Below, piece by piece: positions 1 through 7,858 of a stretch of DNA of 30,443 bases. Origin of the DNA: a virus (lineage: Duplodnaviria; Caudoviricetes). The notes under the pieces were generated by a model. The model saw only the letters and a list, made by a program, of their open reading frames with translations. It was not told the DNA's origin and searched no databases. Where the stretch lies: positions 1 to 30,443 of IMG/VR virus record IMGVR_UViG_3300038673_000438, one strand, 5' to 3'. A program made the position numbers and the translations under genes. Position 1 is the stretch's first letter. Each line of letters starts with the position of its first letter.

Positions 1-191
1 CTCCTACAACACCAATAGGAACTGGTTTTATTATTCCTATTTCTAAAGATAATATTACAGAAGTATTTGATTCTGTTGCAGAATATATTTCTAATATTAT
101 TGGAGGAGATGAAGTTGATGAAGATGAACAAGAATATGAAGAATTTACTACTGAAGAAGAAGAATTTGATGATGATGAGGATTTTGAATGA
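1..191 (+). CDS. 3' end of a protein with a strongly acidic C-terminal tail (partial)
   Basis: Frame 3 is open from the window edge: PTTPIGTGFIIP...EEEEFDDDEDFE, ending TGA TAA with an ATGA overlap into the next gene. Confidence 0.7.
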   Translation, partial: PTTPIGTGFIIPISKDNITEVFDSVAEYISNIIGGDEVDEDEQEYEEFTTEEEEFDDDEDFE

Positions 192-505
192 TAAGAGATT
201 ATAAAATTATAGCAGTTGATTTTGATCAAACACTTTTCTTTACTGATTTTCCAGAAATTTATCATCCTAAAATGGAAGTAATTAATAAAGTAAAAGAAGA
301 AATAGACAAAGGAAATAAAATTATTCTTTGGACATGTAGATGTGGAGAATTTCTTGAAGATGCAATTGAAGCATGTAAAGAATATGGAATTTATTTTGAT
401 GCAATAAATGAAAATCTACCTGAAATTGTAAAAAATTATAAAACGGATAGCCGCAAGATTGTCGCAGATGAATACTGGGATGATAAAGCAATTCGGATTA
501 ATTAG
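188..505 (+). CDS. HAD-superfamily hydrolase-like phage protein
   Basis: IIAVDFDQT (DxD motif I), IILWTCR, ADEYWDDKA (motif IV-like). Confidence 0.75.
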   Translation: MIRDYKIIAVDFDQTLFFTDFPEIYHPKMEVINKVKEEIDKGNKIILWTCRCGEFLEDAIEACKEYGIYFDAINENLPEIVKNYKTDSRKIVADEYWDDKAIRIN

Positions 506-517
506 AAAGGAATTATT

Positions 518-682
518 ATGACTATAGGTGTTTTTAGTTTAATTTGGTATGGAGTAGGAGCAATTTTATTTGCACTTCTTGCTAGAAGTAGTAGAAAATA
601 CATTCCTTATTTTGTTATTAATATAGCTTCTTCTATTATATGCGCGCTTTTAGCTATATATAATATAATAGGAATGCTTTAA
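518..682 (+). CDS. small two-helix membrane protein (54 aa, not in ORF track)
   Basis: RBS GAAAGG; MTIGVFSLIWYGVGAILFALLARSSRKYIPYFVINIASSIICALLAIYNIIGML. Confidence 0.7.
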   Translation: MTIGVFSLIWYGVGAILFALLARSSRKYIPYFVINIASSIICALLAIYNIIGML

Positions 683-695
683 GGAGAAAATAAAA

Positions 696-890
696 ATGAT
701 AACTAAAGAAGATCTTGAAAAACTTAGTAGAAAAAGTACTTTAATTGGAAGATATCAAACTTTAGATAGATTAACTAATGTTATGCAAGGGGCCGCTAAA
801 ATTTCTAATTCTACTGAATTTATGGTAGATCAAATAATTACTTTCATGGAATTAGAAGCGCATGATATTAAAGATGGTCTATTGCGATAA
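696..890 (+). CDS. hypothetical protein
   Basis: RBS AAGGAG, ATG, same operon as neighbours. Confidence 0.7.
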   Translation: MITKEDLEKLSRKSTLIGRYQTLDRLTNVMQGAAKISNSTEFMVDQIITFMELEAHDIKDGLLR

Positions 891-1209
891 TATTAAATGT
901 TCTTTTAATAAAAAAAATGAGTGTCTTCTTCTTAATATTTGTATTAATGAATTTGGACAATGCACACACTATAATAAAGTAAGATTAAATGAAAATGGAC
1001 AATGGATTCCTAATGAAGAATTAACAGAAAATAATTCTATTATTCAAGTAGGATTCCAGAAGAGCGTAACAGAGCTAATGAAATTCTATCAAAAATTCAT
1101 AAAGATGTTTATAATGTTACTAATAAGTTTTTATCTTTTCTTTATAAATATCTCTAATAGTAAGAGAATCATCTCTATATCTACTAAATATATCTTTATT
1201 CTTTCTTAA
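874..1209 (+). CDS. hypothetical Cys-rich protein; 3' end doubtful
   Basis: MVYCDNIKCSFN..C..C N-terminus; last ~90 bp overlap the convergent gene 1120-1608. Confidence 0.45.
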   Translation: MVYCDNIKCSFNKKNECLLLNICINEFGQCTHYNKVRLNENGQWIPNEELTENNSIIQVGFQKSVTELMKFYQKFIKMFIMLLISFYLFFINISNSKRIISISTKYIFILS

Positions 1210-1608
1210 ATCTTCAAGTTCAGCTTCCATTGCATAAATTTCCCAAGGTTCTCGCATAGTCTTACGATAACCTTTGAGATTATTAATACAATCCTGAAGC
1301 TGTTCAGGCGACTTGTCCAGCGCCTGAAAATCTTTAAGTTCTGATACTAAAAATTTATTTTCCTTATGAAGATTTTGGATAATATCTAAAGTTGTTTTAG
1401 TAGCATCTTGATAAGGAACTATAGTACAATTATAAACCATACCATAATTACCTTCAATCTCTAAACCACCTTTAATCATTGTATTCAATACAATAGGTGA
1501 ATTTCCAGCCAATTTAAGAATTAAATTATTTCGAAATTTCTTAATAGGATTAAATTTAATTTTTGATTTTTTACCTATTCTAATACCTGTTTTTGTTTTA
1601 GTTATCAT
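1120..1608 (-). CDS. hypothetical protein
   Basis: 162-aa ORF with RBS GAGGT, last gene of a minus-strand run. Confidence 0.7.
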   Translation of the reverse strand: MITKTKTGIRIGKKSKIKFNPIKKFRNNLILKLAGNSPIVLNTMIKGGLEIEGNYGMVYNCTIVPYQDATKTTLDIIQNLHKENKFLVSELKDFQALDKSPEQLQDCINNLKGYRKTMREPWEIYAMEAELEDLRKNKDIFSRYRDDSLTIRDIYKEKIKTY

Positions 1609-1633
1609 TTATTACTTACCTCTATTTTTATTA

Positions 1634-1885
1634 TTACCTCAATCTTTCATGTTCAAAAATATCTACACATAAACGTAAGGTAGGACATTCAAAATAATCA
1701 AGACCATGACTTACCTTTAATGGATAAGTTTTAATCTTCACTATAGTAAAATCAGCCCAATGATGACCCATTTCTAAATTTTCTTTTCTACCCCATGTAA
1801 GAATAGCTTCATTTCCTAAAGAAATACTACAAATAGATATAATTGTTTCTGTGTCAATCAGCGGCCATATATCTTTAATTTTCAT
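1634..1885 (-). CDS. hypothetical protein
   Basis: 83-aa ORF, tightly packed in the minus-strand operon. Confidence 0.65.
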   Translation of the reverse strand: MKIKDIWPLIDTETIISICSISLGNEAILTWGRKENLEMGHHWADFTIVKIKTYPLKVSHGLDYFECPTLRLCVDIFEHERLR

Positions 1886-1894
1886 ATTATACTC

Positions 1895-2062
1895 TTATTC
1901 ATATGTAGGAGTATTTTTTAATATCTCAACACAATCTGCAATAGCTTTGGCGGCTGGATCATGAATGCCAAGAGAAGAATTATCTACTAAATTACTCCAT
2001 TTCTCAAACATTACTTGCATTGGATCATTTACATTAATAATACGTACTCCCAAATCTTTCAT
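1895..2062 (-). CDS. hypothetical protein (55 aa, not in ORF track)
   Basis: MKDLGVRIINVNDPMQVMFEKW...NTPTYE; RBS GAAGGA; fills the gap between neighbours. Confidence 0.65.
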   Translation of the reverse strand: MKDLGVRIINVNDPMQVMFEKWSNLVDNSSLGIHDPAAKAIADCVEILKNTPTYE

Positions 2063-2063
2063 A

Positions 2064-2516
2064 TTATTTTCCTTCCTTTTTTATTTCACATCCACACATA
2101 GGACAAAATCTAATAGTAGCTTCACTATTTTTTTCATCATATCTAAGTGCAATTAATTTATCACCTTGTATATATATACTCGGCTCTAATATATCTCCAT
2201 CTTCAAGATCATACATACTATGACAATACATACATCCTTGTTTTTTATCTTCTTCTCTTTGAAGAGCTCTGACTCCTATATAAAGAGCTTCATTAATAAA
2301 AATAGCTTGAGGTTCTTTTATAGAATGAATACGAATATGATCTAATATTCTTAATATTGCCTCATTATTAGTCATTTGATTATCTATTTGAGAAGTTTCA
2401 AATTTAGTTCTAGAATGATATGCTGCGGCCTTAAGAAATAACTCACAAGAAGGACAATACTCAGTAGGAGAATAACGATCATATTTACATCCTTCACAAG
2501 GATTTTTATTCTCCAT
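2064..2516 (-). CDS. hypothetical protein with CxxC pairs (zinc-binding)
   Basis: Likely start MENKNPCEGC after RBS GAGGA; CEGC, CPSC, CMYC and FCPMCG motifs. Confidence 0.7.
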   Translation of the reverse strand: MENKNPCEGCKYDRYSPTEYCPSCELFLKAAAYHSRTKFETSQIDNQMTNNEAILRILDHIRIHSIKEPQAIFINEALYIGVRALQREEDKKQGCMYCHSMYDLEDGDILEPSIYIQGDKLIALRYDEKNSEATIRFCPMCGCEIKKEGK

Positions 2517-2787
2517 TATATATTCCTCGATAAGTATAACCCTTACATGCATCAGGATTAGTTCCACACCAAGAGTTCTTATTACCACATGTGCGACAGT
2601 CTTTAATCATTTCTAGATCTCTTATGGCAACTTCTAAAAACTTATTATCTTTAGATTCTAAAACTTTAATTCCTAAACAAAGAGCTTCTCGTAGTTTTCC
2701 ATCTATTCTAATTACTCCCCAATCATCATCATATTCAAGATATTGGCCATAATTAGTTAATATTTCTGCAGCTTTATTATATTCCAT
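2506..2787 (-). CDS. hypothetical protein
   Basis: 93-aa ORF with RBS GAGGA and a C-terminal CxxC...C...C cluster. Confidence 0.7.
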   Translation of the reverse strand: MEYNKAAEILTNYGQYLEYDDDWGVIRIDGKLREALCLGIKVLESKDNKFLEVAIRDLEMIKDCRTCGNKNSWCGTNPDACKGYTYRGIYNGE

Positions 2788-2872
2788 TAATCTTTCCTCT
2801 CATTCTTATTCCACAAAATGGACAATAGATACTTTTATGATATGAATAAGAGCCACATTCACTACATATGAA
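2777..2872 (-). pseudogene. truncated zinc-ribbon gene remnant
   Basis: FICSECGSYSYHKSIYCPFCGIRMRGKINGI* preceded by in-frame stops, with no start codon. Confidence 0.45.
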
Positions 2873-2912
2873 TTATTAAAATATTTATCCGATTATTATG
2901 GGAGATAATAAA

Positions 2913-3215
2913 ATGGAACGTCAAACTTATTGGGATAAAGAACTTCAGTGTTGGTCATTACATTGTTCTAGTTCTTATGCTGCTGAAATATTGGCGCAGT
3001 ATGAGAATTTATTGTTCGATAAAAATGATAAAGAATATATGTCAATGGAACAATTGAAGAAAGTAATTAATTCTGAGATTGGTGGAGTTGTTTTAAATTT
3101 TAATGAAATGACATATAAAGAACATTCTGAAATGCTTATGTTACATATGGGTTGGATACTTGGTAACATAGGTGGATTGAAAGATATTGTAAATGGTAAG
3201 CGCCATGATGAATGA
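2913..3215 (+). CDS. hypothetical protein
   Basis: RBS GGGAG before ATG 2913 (MERQTYW...). Confidence 0.65.
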   Translation: MERQTYWDKELQCWSLHCSSSYAAEILAQYENLLFDKNDKEYMSMEQLKKVINSEIGGVVLNFNEMTYKEHSEMLMLHMGWILGNIGGLKDIVNGKRHDE

Positions 3216-3375
3216 TACAAAGTTTTGTCCGAAATGCGGCCGCCTAATGTTTCAAGATAACTACTTTTCGAGTTGAGTTTGTGCTGTATGTCGATATCAT
3301 GAAATACATAGATTTACAAATGCAGATTATTTGCGCTCGCTAACTGCCACAAAGAATAGCTTTTTATATAAATAA
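3205..3375 (+). CDS. zinc-ribbon protein with in-frame TGA (3274-3276); recoded or pseudogene
   Basis: MMNDTKFCPKCGRLMFQDNYFSS*VCAVCRYHEIHRFTNADYLRSLT...; the two CxxC pairs straddle the TGA. Confidence 0.5.
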
Positions 3376-3453
3376 AATTTTAACGAGAACAAATTGCGAT
3401 TTTAGCGTGAGTTTTTCAGTGAGTTTTTTAGGATTATTCCGCGCAATAAAATT

Positions 3454-3501
3454 ATCGACGTAAAAACCCAGTAAATCGGGCGTTTTAACGTCGATTTTTT
3501 T
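3454..3501 (+). terminator. hairpin plus T-tract after the plus-strand block
   Basis: ATCGACGTAAAAACCC...GGGCGTTTTAACGTCGAT followed by a T run. Confidence 0.5.
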
Positions 3502-3620
3502 ATACCCAAATAAAATTTTTATATATGATCAAGTGTCGCGTCCCGGCTGTCAAATTTTTGACCTCGAGTCCACAAGGGTTGTAAATTTTTGATATAAAAT
3601 AGGGCTTATCGTTGAGGTTT

Positions 3621-3715
3621 GTTATAAGAATTTTTTCTTTATTGTAAGAATTTTCCCTTTGCTATAAAAATTTTTTCTTTGTTGTAAGAATTTTTCTTTT
3701 ACTATAAGAATTTTT
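3621..3715. repeat. 20-bp tandem repeat, ~5 copies
   Basis: gttataagaattttttcttt / attgtaagaattttcccttt / gctataaaaattttttcttt / gttgtaagaatttttctttt / actataagaattttt. Confidence 0.85.
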
Positions 3716-3758
3716 GTATGGCACAAATTGTACTGAACGTCAAATATTTAATAAAAGC

Positions 3759-3792
3759 AAAATAAAAAAGACGTAATCTTTCGATTACGTCC
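3759..3792 (-). terminator. rho-independent terminator of gene 3880-4239
   Basis: Minus strand GGACGTAATC-GAAA-GATTACGTC-TTTTTTATTTT. Confidence 0.75.
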
Positions 3793-3879
3793 TATGTTAA
3801 AGGAGGATATTTATACCGCGAACTCCTAAGCGGTTATGCATAAAGGAGTACTTATATACCGCTTCTCCTCGTTGGCGGA

Positions 3880-4239
3880 TTATTCAGCTTTCTCTACGGT
3901 TTTGGATTTCTTAGACTGCGTTTTTGCTTCCTTCTCAGCTTTGTCCTTTGCAGCTTTCTCTGCTTTCTCAGCATCAGACTTTACTCGAAGTTCATACTCA
4001 GAGATTGCTTCATCAATGTTGAAACCCGTATCAGTTTCCTCATTGTATTCCTTGGTCAAAACTACTTTAATAGTAATGAAGCGGCCTTCTAGCGCGCCTT
4101 CATTAATCATATAAGCGAGAGTACCATAGTCAAGAATGCGTTCAACATTCATACCTGCGGTATTCAGGGCGCTTACGATCTTTTCCATCTCAACAGCTTT
4201 ACCTTCGCGCTCAATTGCAGTCTTACTTTTCTCAGCCAT
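3880..4239 (-). CDS. hypothetical protein with Lys/Ala/Glu-rich C-terminal helix (paralogue family A)
   Basis: RBS GAAAGGAG, own promoter and terminator; resembles 8449-8790 and 9724-10167. Confidence 0.85.
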   Translation of the reverse strand: MAEKSKTAIEREGKAVEMEKIVSALNTAGMNVERILDYGTLAYMINEGALEGRFITIKVVLTKEYNEETDTGFNIDEAISEYELRVKSDAEKAEKAAKDKAEKEAKTQSKKSKTVEKAE

Positions 4240-4270
4240 TTGTAGGCTCCTTTCTTAATCTTTATAATTT

Positions 4271-4299
4271 ATTATAACACATGCGCGCCCAATTGTCAA
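4271..4299 (-). promoter_or_regulatory. consensus sigmaA promoter
   Basis: TTGACA-17 nt (ending TGT)-TATAAT; no palindrome upstream. Confidence 0.85.
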
Positions 4300-4340
4300 A
4301 TATTTTTCTAAAACTTTTTTACCATTTATTGGAGAACAGA

Positions 4341-4630
4341 GTTTAAAGAAAAAGAAAAAGTAGCCAAAAAGAAAAAGAAATGGCATTTCATTTTTTATTT
4401 AAGTAGATTTATTATTATTAATATATAATATTTTTATTACTATTAGAATAAAAATTTTAGTAATAATTTTAGTAATAAATATTAGTAATAATTATATTAC
4501 TTAATTATATTACTAAATATATTATATATATTACTAAATATTAGTAATAATATACTACTAAAGTGTATTATATTTATATAATATTTGCCTTCTTTTCTTT
4601 CTTTTGATTACTTTTCTTTCTTTTCTAAAC
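4341..4630. repeat. AT-rich element bounded by imperfect ~45-bp inverted repeats, with internal TTAGTAATA/TATTACTAA repeats
   Basis: 4341-4385 gtttaaagaaaaagaaaaagtagccaaaaagaaaaagaaatggca vs reverse complement of 4586-4630 gtttagaaaagaaagaaaagtaatcaaaagaaagaaaagaaggca. Confidence 0.7.
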
Positions 4631-4666
4631 ATAGTACTCTTTCAATAAAAAATTACCAAAATTTTC

Positions 4667-4828
4667 TTAGTTCAAATTCTCACAAAAATTTTCAATTTCT
4701 TCAATGGCGCGCTGAGCGTTGTCTATTACAAGCTCTAGACACTCCTTACAATACCAACCCACTTCTGGGGTAGGACAGATGGGTACACCCTTCTTCCGGC
4801 AGTATTCACAATCATCAACTACAACCAT
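4667..4828 (-). CDS. small zinc-finger-like protein (53 aa)
   Basis: RBS AAGGAG before ATG 4828; CEYC...YCKEC. Confidence 0.7.
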   Translation of the reverse strand: MVVVDDCEYCRKKGVPICPTPEVGWYCKECLELVIDNAQRAIEEIENFCENLN

Positions 4829-4889
4829 TGATATCTCCTTTTTTAAGAGCCGAAGGTTTGACCAACTCCAACCTTCAAGGATGCACATT

Positions 4890-5445
4890 TTAAGTGAGGC
4901 TCTCGCATAGCAGCATTTCTATACTTGTCTGATAACGGAGACCGGCCGCCAATAAGAGTAACTCCGTTCAGATACTTAACCAAATCAAGTATCTATCACT
5001 TGTTTAATCGGGGGAGTCATGCGCCCTCGCCAGAGGATCAATCTGAGCTAAATCTAAAACTCCTTATTGGTCTAAGCGTTAGCGCTGCCTTTTTGGTCTA
5101 TGCGCCCACGGAATCGTACCGTGCCATTCGGAGGATAGCCGTAGCTCACTCCAGAAATCGAACCTCGCTTATCTAAATTTATACCGGTGAGCTAGCCTGG
5201 CCGGTAAAGGTTATTGAATTTCAAGCCGTGGTAGAGTCTGCGCTCGAAATATAACCTAATATATAAGTCTAAAATAATCATCAAGCACCTCCACCGCCGT
5301 GTACTATGCGCGCGTTCTATTTATGTGAAGCCTTTCTCCTACTCTTCACAGGACTCGCTAGTTCATCAGTGCGCCCACGCTGATATATATTTCAGATTTA
5401 TAATTTTTGTAATAGGAGAGCTTATAAGTCTCTCTCACTTTCTAT
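4890..5445 (-). ncRNA. candidate large structured ncRNA (~550 nt)
   Basis: Own promoter, no credible ORF, higher GC than flanks, many hairpins, 5'/3' closing stem AAGTGAG/CTCACTT. Confidence 0.55.
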
Positions 5446-5449
5446 ATAT

Positions 5450-5478
5450 AGTATATCATATTTTTGCGAAAAAGTCAA
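5450..5478 (-). promoter_or_regulatory. sigmaA promoter for the candidate ncRNA
   Basis: TTGACT-17 nt (ending TGA)-TATACT. Confidence 0.8.
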
Positions 5479-5535
5479 TCGTTTTAATGATACAATCTTT
5501 TATAAAAAGTTCTTCCTTTCTCATCTTCTATAAAT

Positions 5536-5564
5536 AGTATAACACAAGGCGGCCGAAAAGTCAA
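5536..5564 (-). promoter_or_regulatory. second, tandem sigmaA promoter
   Basis: TTGACT-17 nt (ending TGT)-TATACT. Confidence 0.7.
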
Positions 5565-5613
5565 TACTTACAGTCGCCGAAAAAGTATAGTAAATTTTCT
5601 CCATCTGCGGCTA

Positions 5614-5642
5614 TTGACTTTTTATTTAAAGTGTGGTATGAT
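5614..5642 (+). promoter_or_regulatory. divergent sigmaA promoter
   Basis: TTGACT-17 nt (ending TGG)-TATGAT. Confidence 0.65.
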
Positions 5643-5889
5643 ATAATGGGGAAGAATATATATAAATATATCGCAGCTTTTTCCAGCTGTTAAGTACTTG
5701 ACATCCCAGCTTGTTTGCGCGAATATTCACAGCTCACAGCTGGTTTAACGCAGCTTATTCACAGGCTATTTGACACGATAACAAATTGGAAGTATGCGAG
5801 TATGCGATACTGTCAAGTATTTGACTTTTCAGAAGTTAGACGTGACTCGTCTAACTTTTAATTAGACGTCATACGTCTAAGTTTTTTAA

Positions 5890-5918
5890 TTGACATTTAT
5901 TTTATTTTATGTTAGAAT
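5890..5918 (+). promoter_or_regulatory. sigmaA promoter of the inverted cassette, 9 bp from palindrome 5862
   Basis: TTGACA-17 nt (ending TGT)-TAGAAT. Confidence 0.85.
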
Positions 5919-5940
5919 AAAAGAAAAGGAGCGATGATCT

Positions 5941-6147
5941 ATGAATGAAAAAAGAGATCCTTGGATTGAAGCGGCACTTTTCTGCCATCGTGTCTATGGC
6001 GCGGAATGGAATGACGAAGATAATTTTTTCATCTGTCCGGAATGTGGAGAACCCATCTATCATGAAGATTACAATTTAGAACTGGAAGGGATAATGATGT
6101 GTTGTCCCATTTGTGGTTTCGATTGGTATGGAGAAGCGGAAGGATAA
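5941..6147 (+). CDS. small zinc-ribbon protein
   Basis: RBS AAGGAG; FICPECGE...CCPICGF. Confidence 0.8.
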   Translation: MNEKRDPWIEAALFCHRVYGAEWNDEDNFFICPECGEPIYHEDYNLELEGIMMCCPICGFDWYGEAEG

Positions 6148-6187
6148 AATATCCTTCCACTTTATTTTAGACGTATAACGTCTAATT

Positions 6188-6218
6188 AAAAATTCCAGTC
6201 TTTCGACTGGAATTTTTT
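6188..6218. terminator. bidirectional terminator
   Basis: AAAAATTCCAGTC-TTTC-GACTGGAATTTTTT between convergent genes. Confidence 0.8.
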
Positions 6219-6220
6219 GG

Positions 6221-7240
6221 TTAAAATCTTTCATCTCTTAAAGATTTTAATTGATACATCGAATTTTCTAACTGACTAGAAAAGCTAGACCTTTTTTCAT
6301 AAGTATTCAATTTTGCTTGCATAATATTAATTACTGTATCAAAATGTTTTCTTGTTATTCCCTTCGTATATTCTTTTAAAAATTGATTTGTAGTTCCTAA
6401 AAGCTCAAAGGGGAAGAATGTAATACCATGGGAGATTTTACCTTTTTTCATTGCTTTATATAATATAACACTTTCAATTTCCGCGTCGTCAATAGCTGTA
6501 TGCGCTTCTTCAAAGTCATATATCTTTCTTAAATATCTATACGTTGATTCCGCGCTAGTTTTAAAATATTTGCCGCTCTCTGTAATCATACTATTATCAA
6601 GACACATTTTTTTATACGCATAGTTATTTATAAGACTTTTACAGGCAATTCCCCATATATCAATCATAGGAAAATCAATTCCTTTAAATTGGAAACAATC
6701 CCCGTTAAATTGTTTTCTACTATCAAATTTTATTCCTCTTGCAATATGTTTGCAGGCTTCGCGCTGATTATTTTCCCATTCCTGATAATCTGAATTATAC
6801 AGATGGTATATATATTGTTCTGTGAATGGAATTGCTTTTTTGAAATCAAACATTGCATTAAAAGCACAAGCATAATTAATTTTTTTCAAGTCTGAAAAAA
6901 GAATATTTGCAATTTCATTCCAATTTTTTAATTCAGTTTCCCCATTATCAAGGCGCTTTAAATATATCGGTCTTTTCTCTTTATAATATGCCGTATTGAA
7001 AATTTGAGGAACTGCAAAAGTCTCAGTAACAAGAAAAGACCTTTTTTCATAAAGATTAATTTTCCTGTCTATGATAGTCCAGCCAATGTCATAAATAAGC
7101 GGCTTTGCAATTGCAATGTTCTTTTTTTGTTCGGGCGTTTTTGCTATTTCATCCGCAAAACTTAATGTTGCCGTTTCGGAATCAATAACTATAAATAATT
7201 CGGCTCTCCCTTTTTCTTCCAGTGATTTTTTAGTAAACAT
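6221..7240 (-). CDS. DEDDh-family 3'-5' exonuclease
   Basis: ExoI FIVIDSET, ExoII AFNAMFDF, ExoIII EAHTAIDDAEIE. Confidence 0.85.
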   Translation of the reverse strand: MFTKKSLEEKGRAELFIVIDSETATLSFADEIAKTPEQKKNIAIAKPLIYDIGWTIIDRKINLYEKRSFLVTETFAVPQIFNTAYYKEKRPIYLKRLDNGETELKNWNEIANILFSDLKKINYACAFNAMFDFKKAIPFTEQYIYHLYNSDYQEWENNQREACKHIARGIKFDSRKQFNGDCFQFKGIDFPMIDIWGIACKSLINNYAYKKMCLDNSMITESGKYFKTSAESTYRYLRKIYDFEEAHTAIDDAEIESVILYKAMKKGKISHGITFFPFELLGTTNQFLKEYTKGITRKHFDTVINIMQAKLNTYEKRSSFSSQLENSMYQLKSLRDERF

Positions 7241-7338
7241 AATATTCCCTACTTTCTTTCAATGATACCCAATTATAACATAAAATCAATAAATATACAA
7301 TAGATAGAATTAGACGTCTAACGTCTAATTATTCCTTA

Positions 7339-7767
7339 TCATGATTGATAAGGAAGATTATTTATTTTTACTTCAAGAGATTTTGGGATATCTTTCATTT
7401 CAAAAACATTTGAAAAAGCAGAATTGCAAATCATGAGACTACCATCAATATGAGTTATATCATAACGATGATATACTACAATTATTTTATTCTTTGCAAA
7501 GCCATATCCAATTTCCCAAGATGTTCCGCTATCGCTATCCATTCCATAATAAATACAGACAATAGCTTCACAATTATCTATGGCTTTTACATCTATTTCA
7601 AATAGACAGCGCGCCCAATCTTTATTATTATAAGACCATGCATCAGGCACTCCATTTTCCATAGGCAAATATACTTCATGTCCTGCCATAACAAGAGTAT
7701 TTCTAACCCAATTAATTACTTTCTTTTCTTCTTCTGTAAAAAGAGGACTTGCAATATAAATTTTCAT
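7339..7767 (-). CDS. nucleoside 2-deoxyribosyltransferase family protein
   Basis: KIYIASPLF, DVKAIDNCE, DSGTSWEIGYGFA motifs typical of the NDT/Rcl/MilB fold. Confidence 0.85.
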   Translation of the reverse strand: MKIYIASPLFTEEEKKVINWVRNTLVMAGHEVYLPMENGVPDAWSYNNKDWARCLFEIDVKAIDNCEAIVCIYYGMDSDSGTSWEIGYGFAKNKIIVVYHRYDITHIDGSLMICNSAFSNVFEMKDIPKSLEVKINNLPYQS

Positions 7768-7858
7768 AATATCACTCCCTTATAAATAATATATCATATT
7801 ATTAAAAATAAGTCAATATAAAAAATTAGACGTATTACGTCTAATAAAAATAAGTTGC

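Noticed and set aside
3770-3791. Extra copy of the array palindrome (AGACGTAATC...GATTACGTC)
   Set aside because: Spacing and outer arms differ; GAAA-loop hairpin plus T-tract fits a terminator.
5095-5170. tRNA gene from the T-arm-like CACGGTACGATTCCGTG
   Set aside because: No acceptor stem, D arm or anticodon arm could be built around it; treated as part of the larger RNA.
5723-5763. DnaA boxes (TTATTCACA, ATATTCACA)
   Set aside because: Only imperfect matches, expected by chance in AT-rich DNA.
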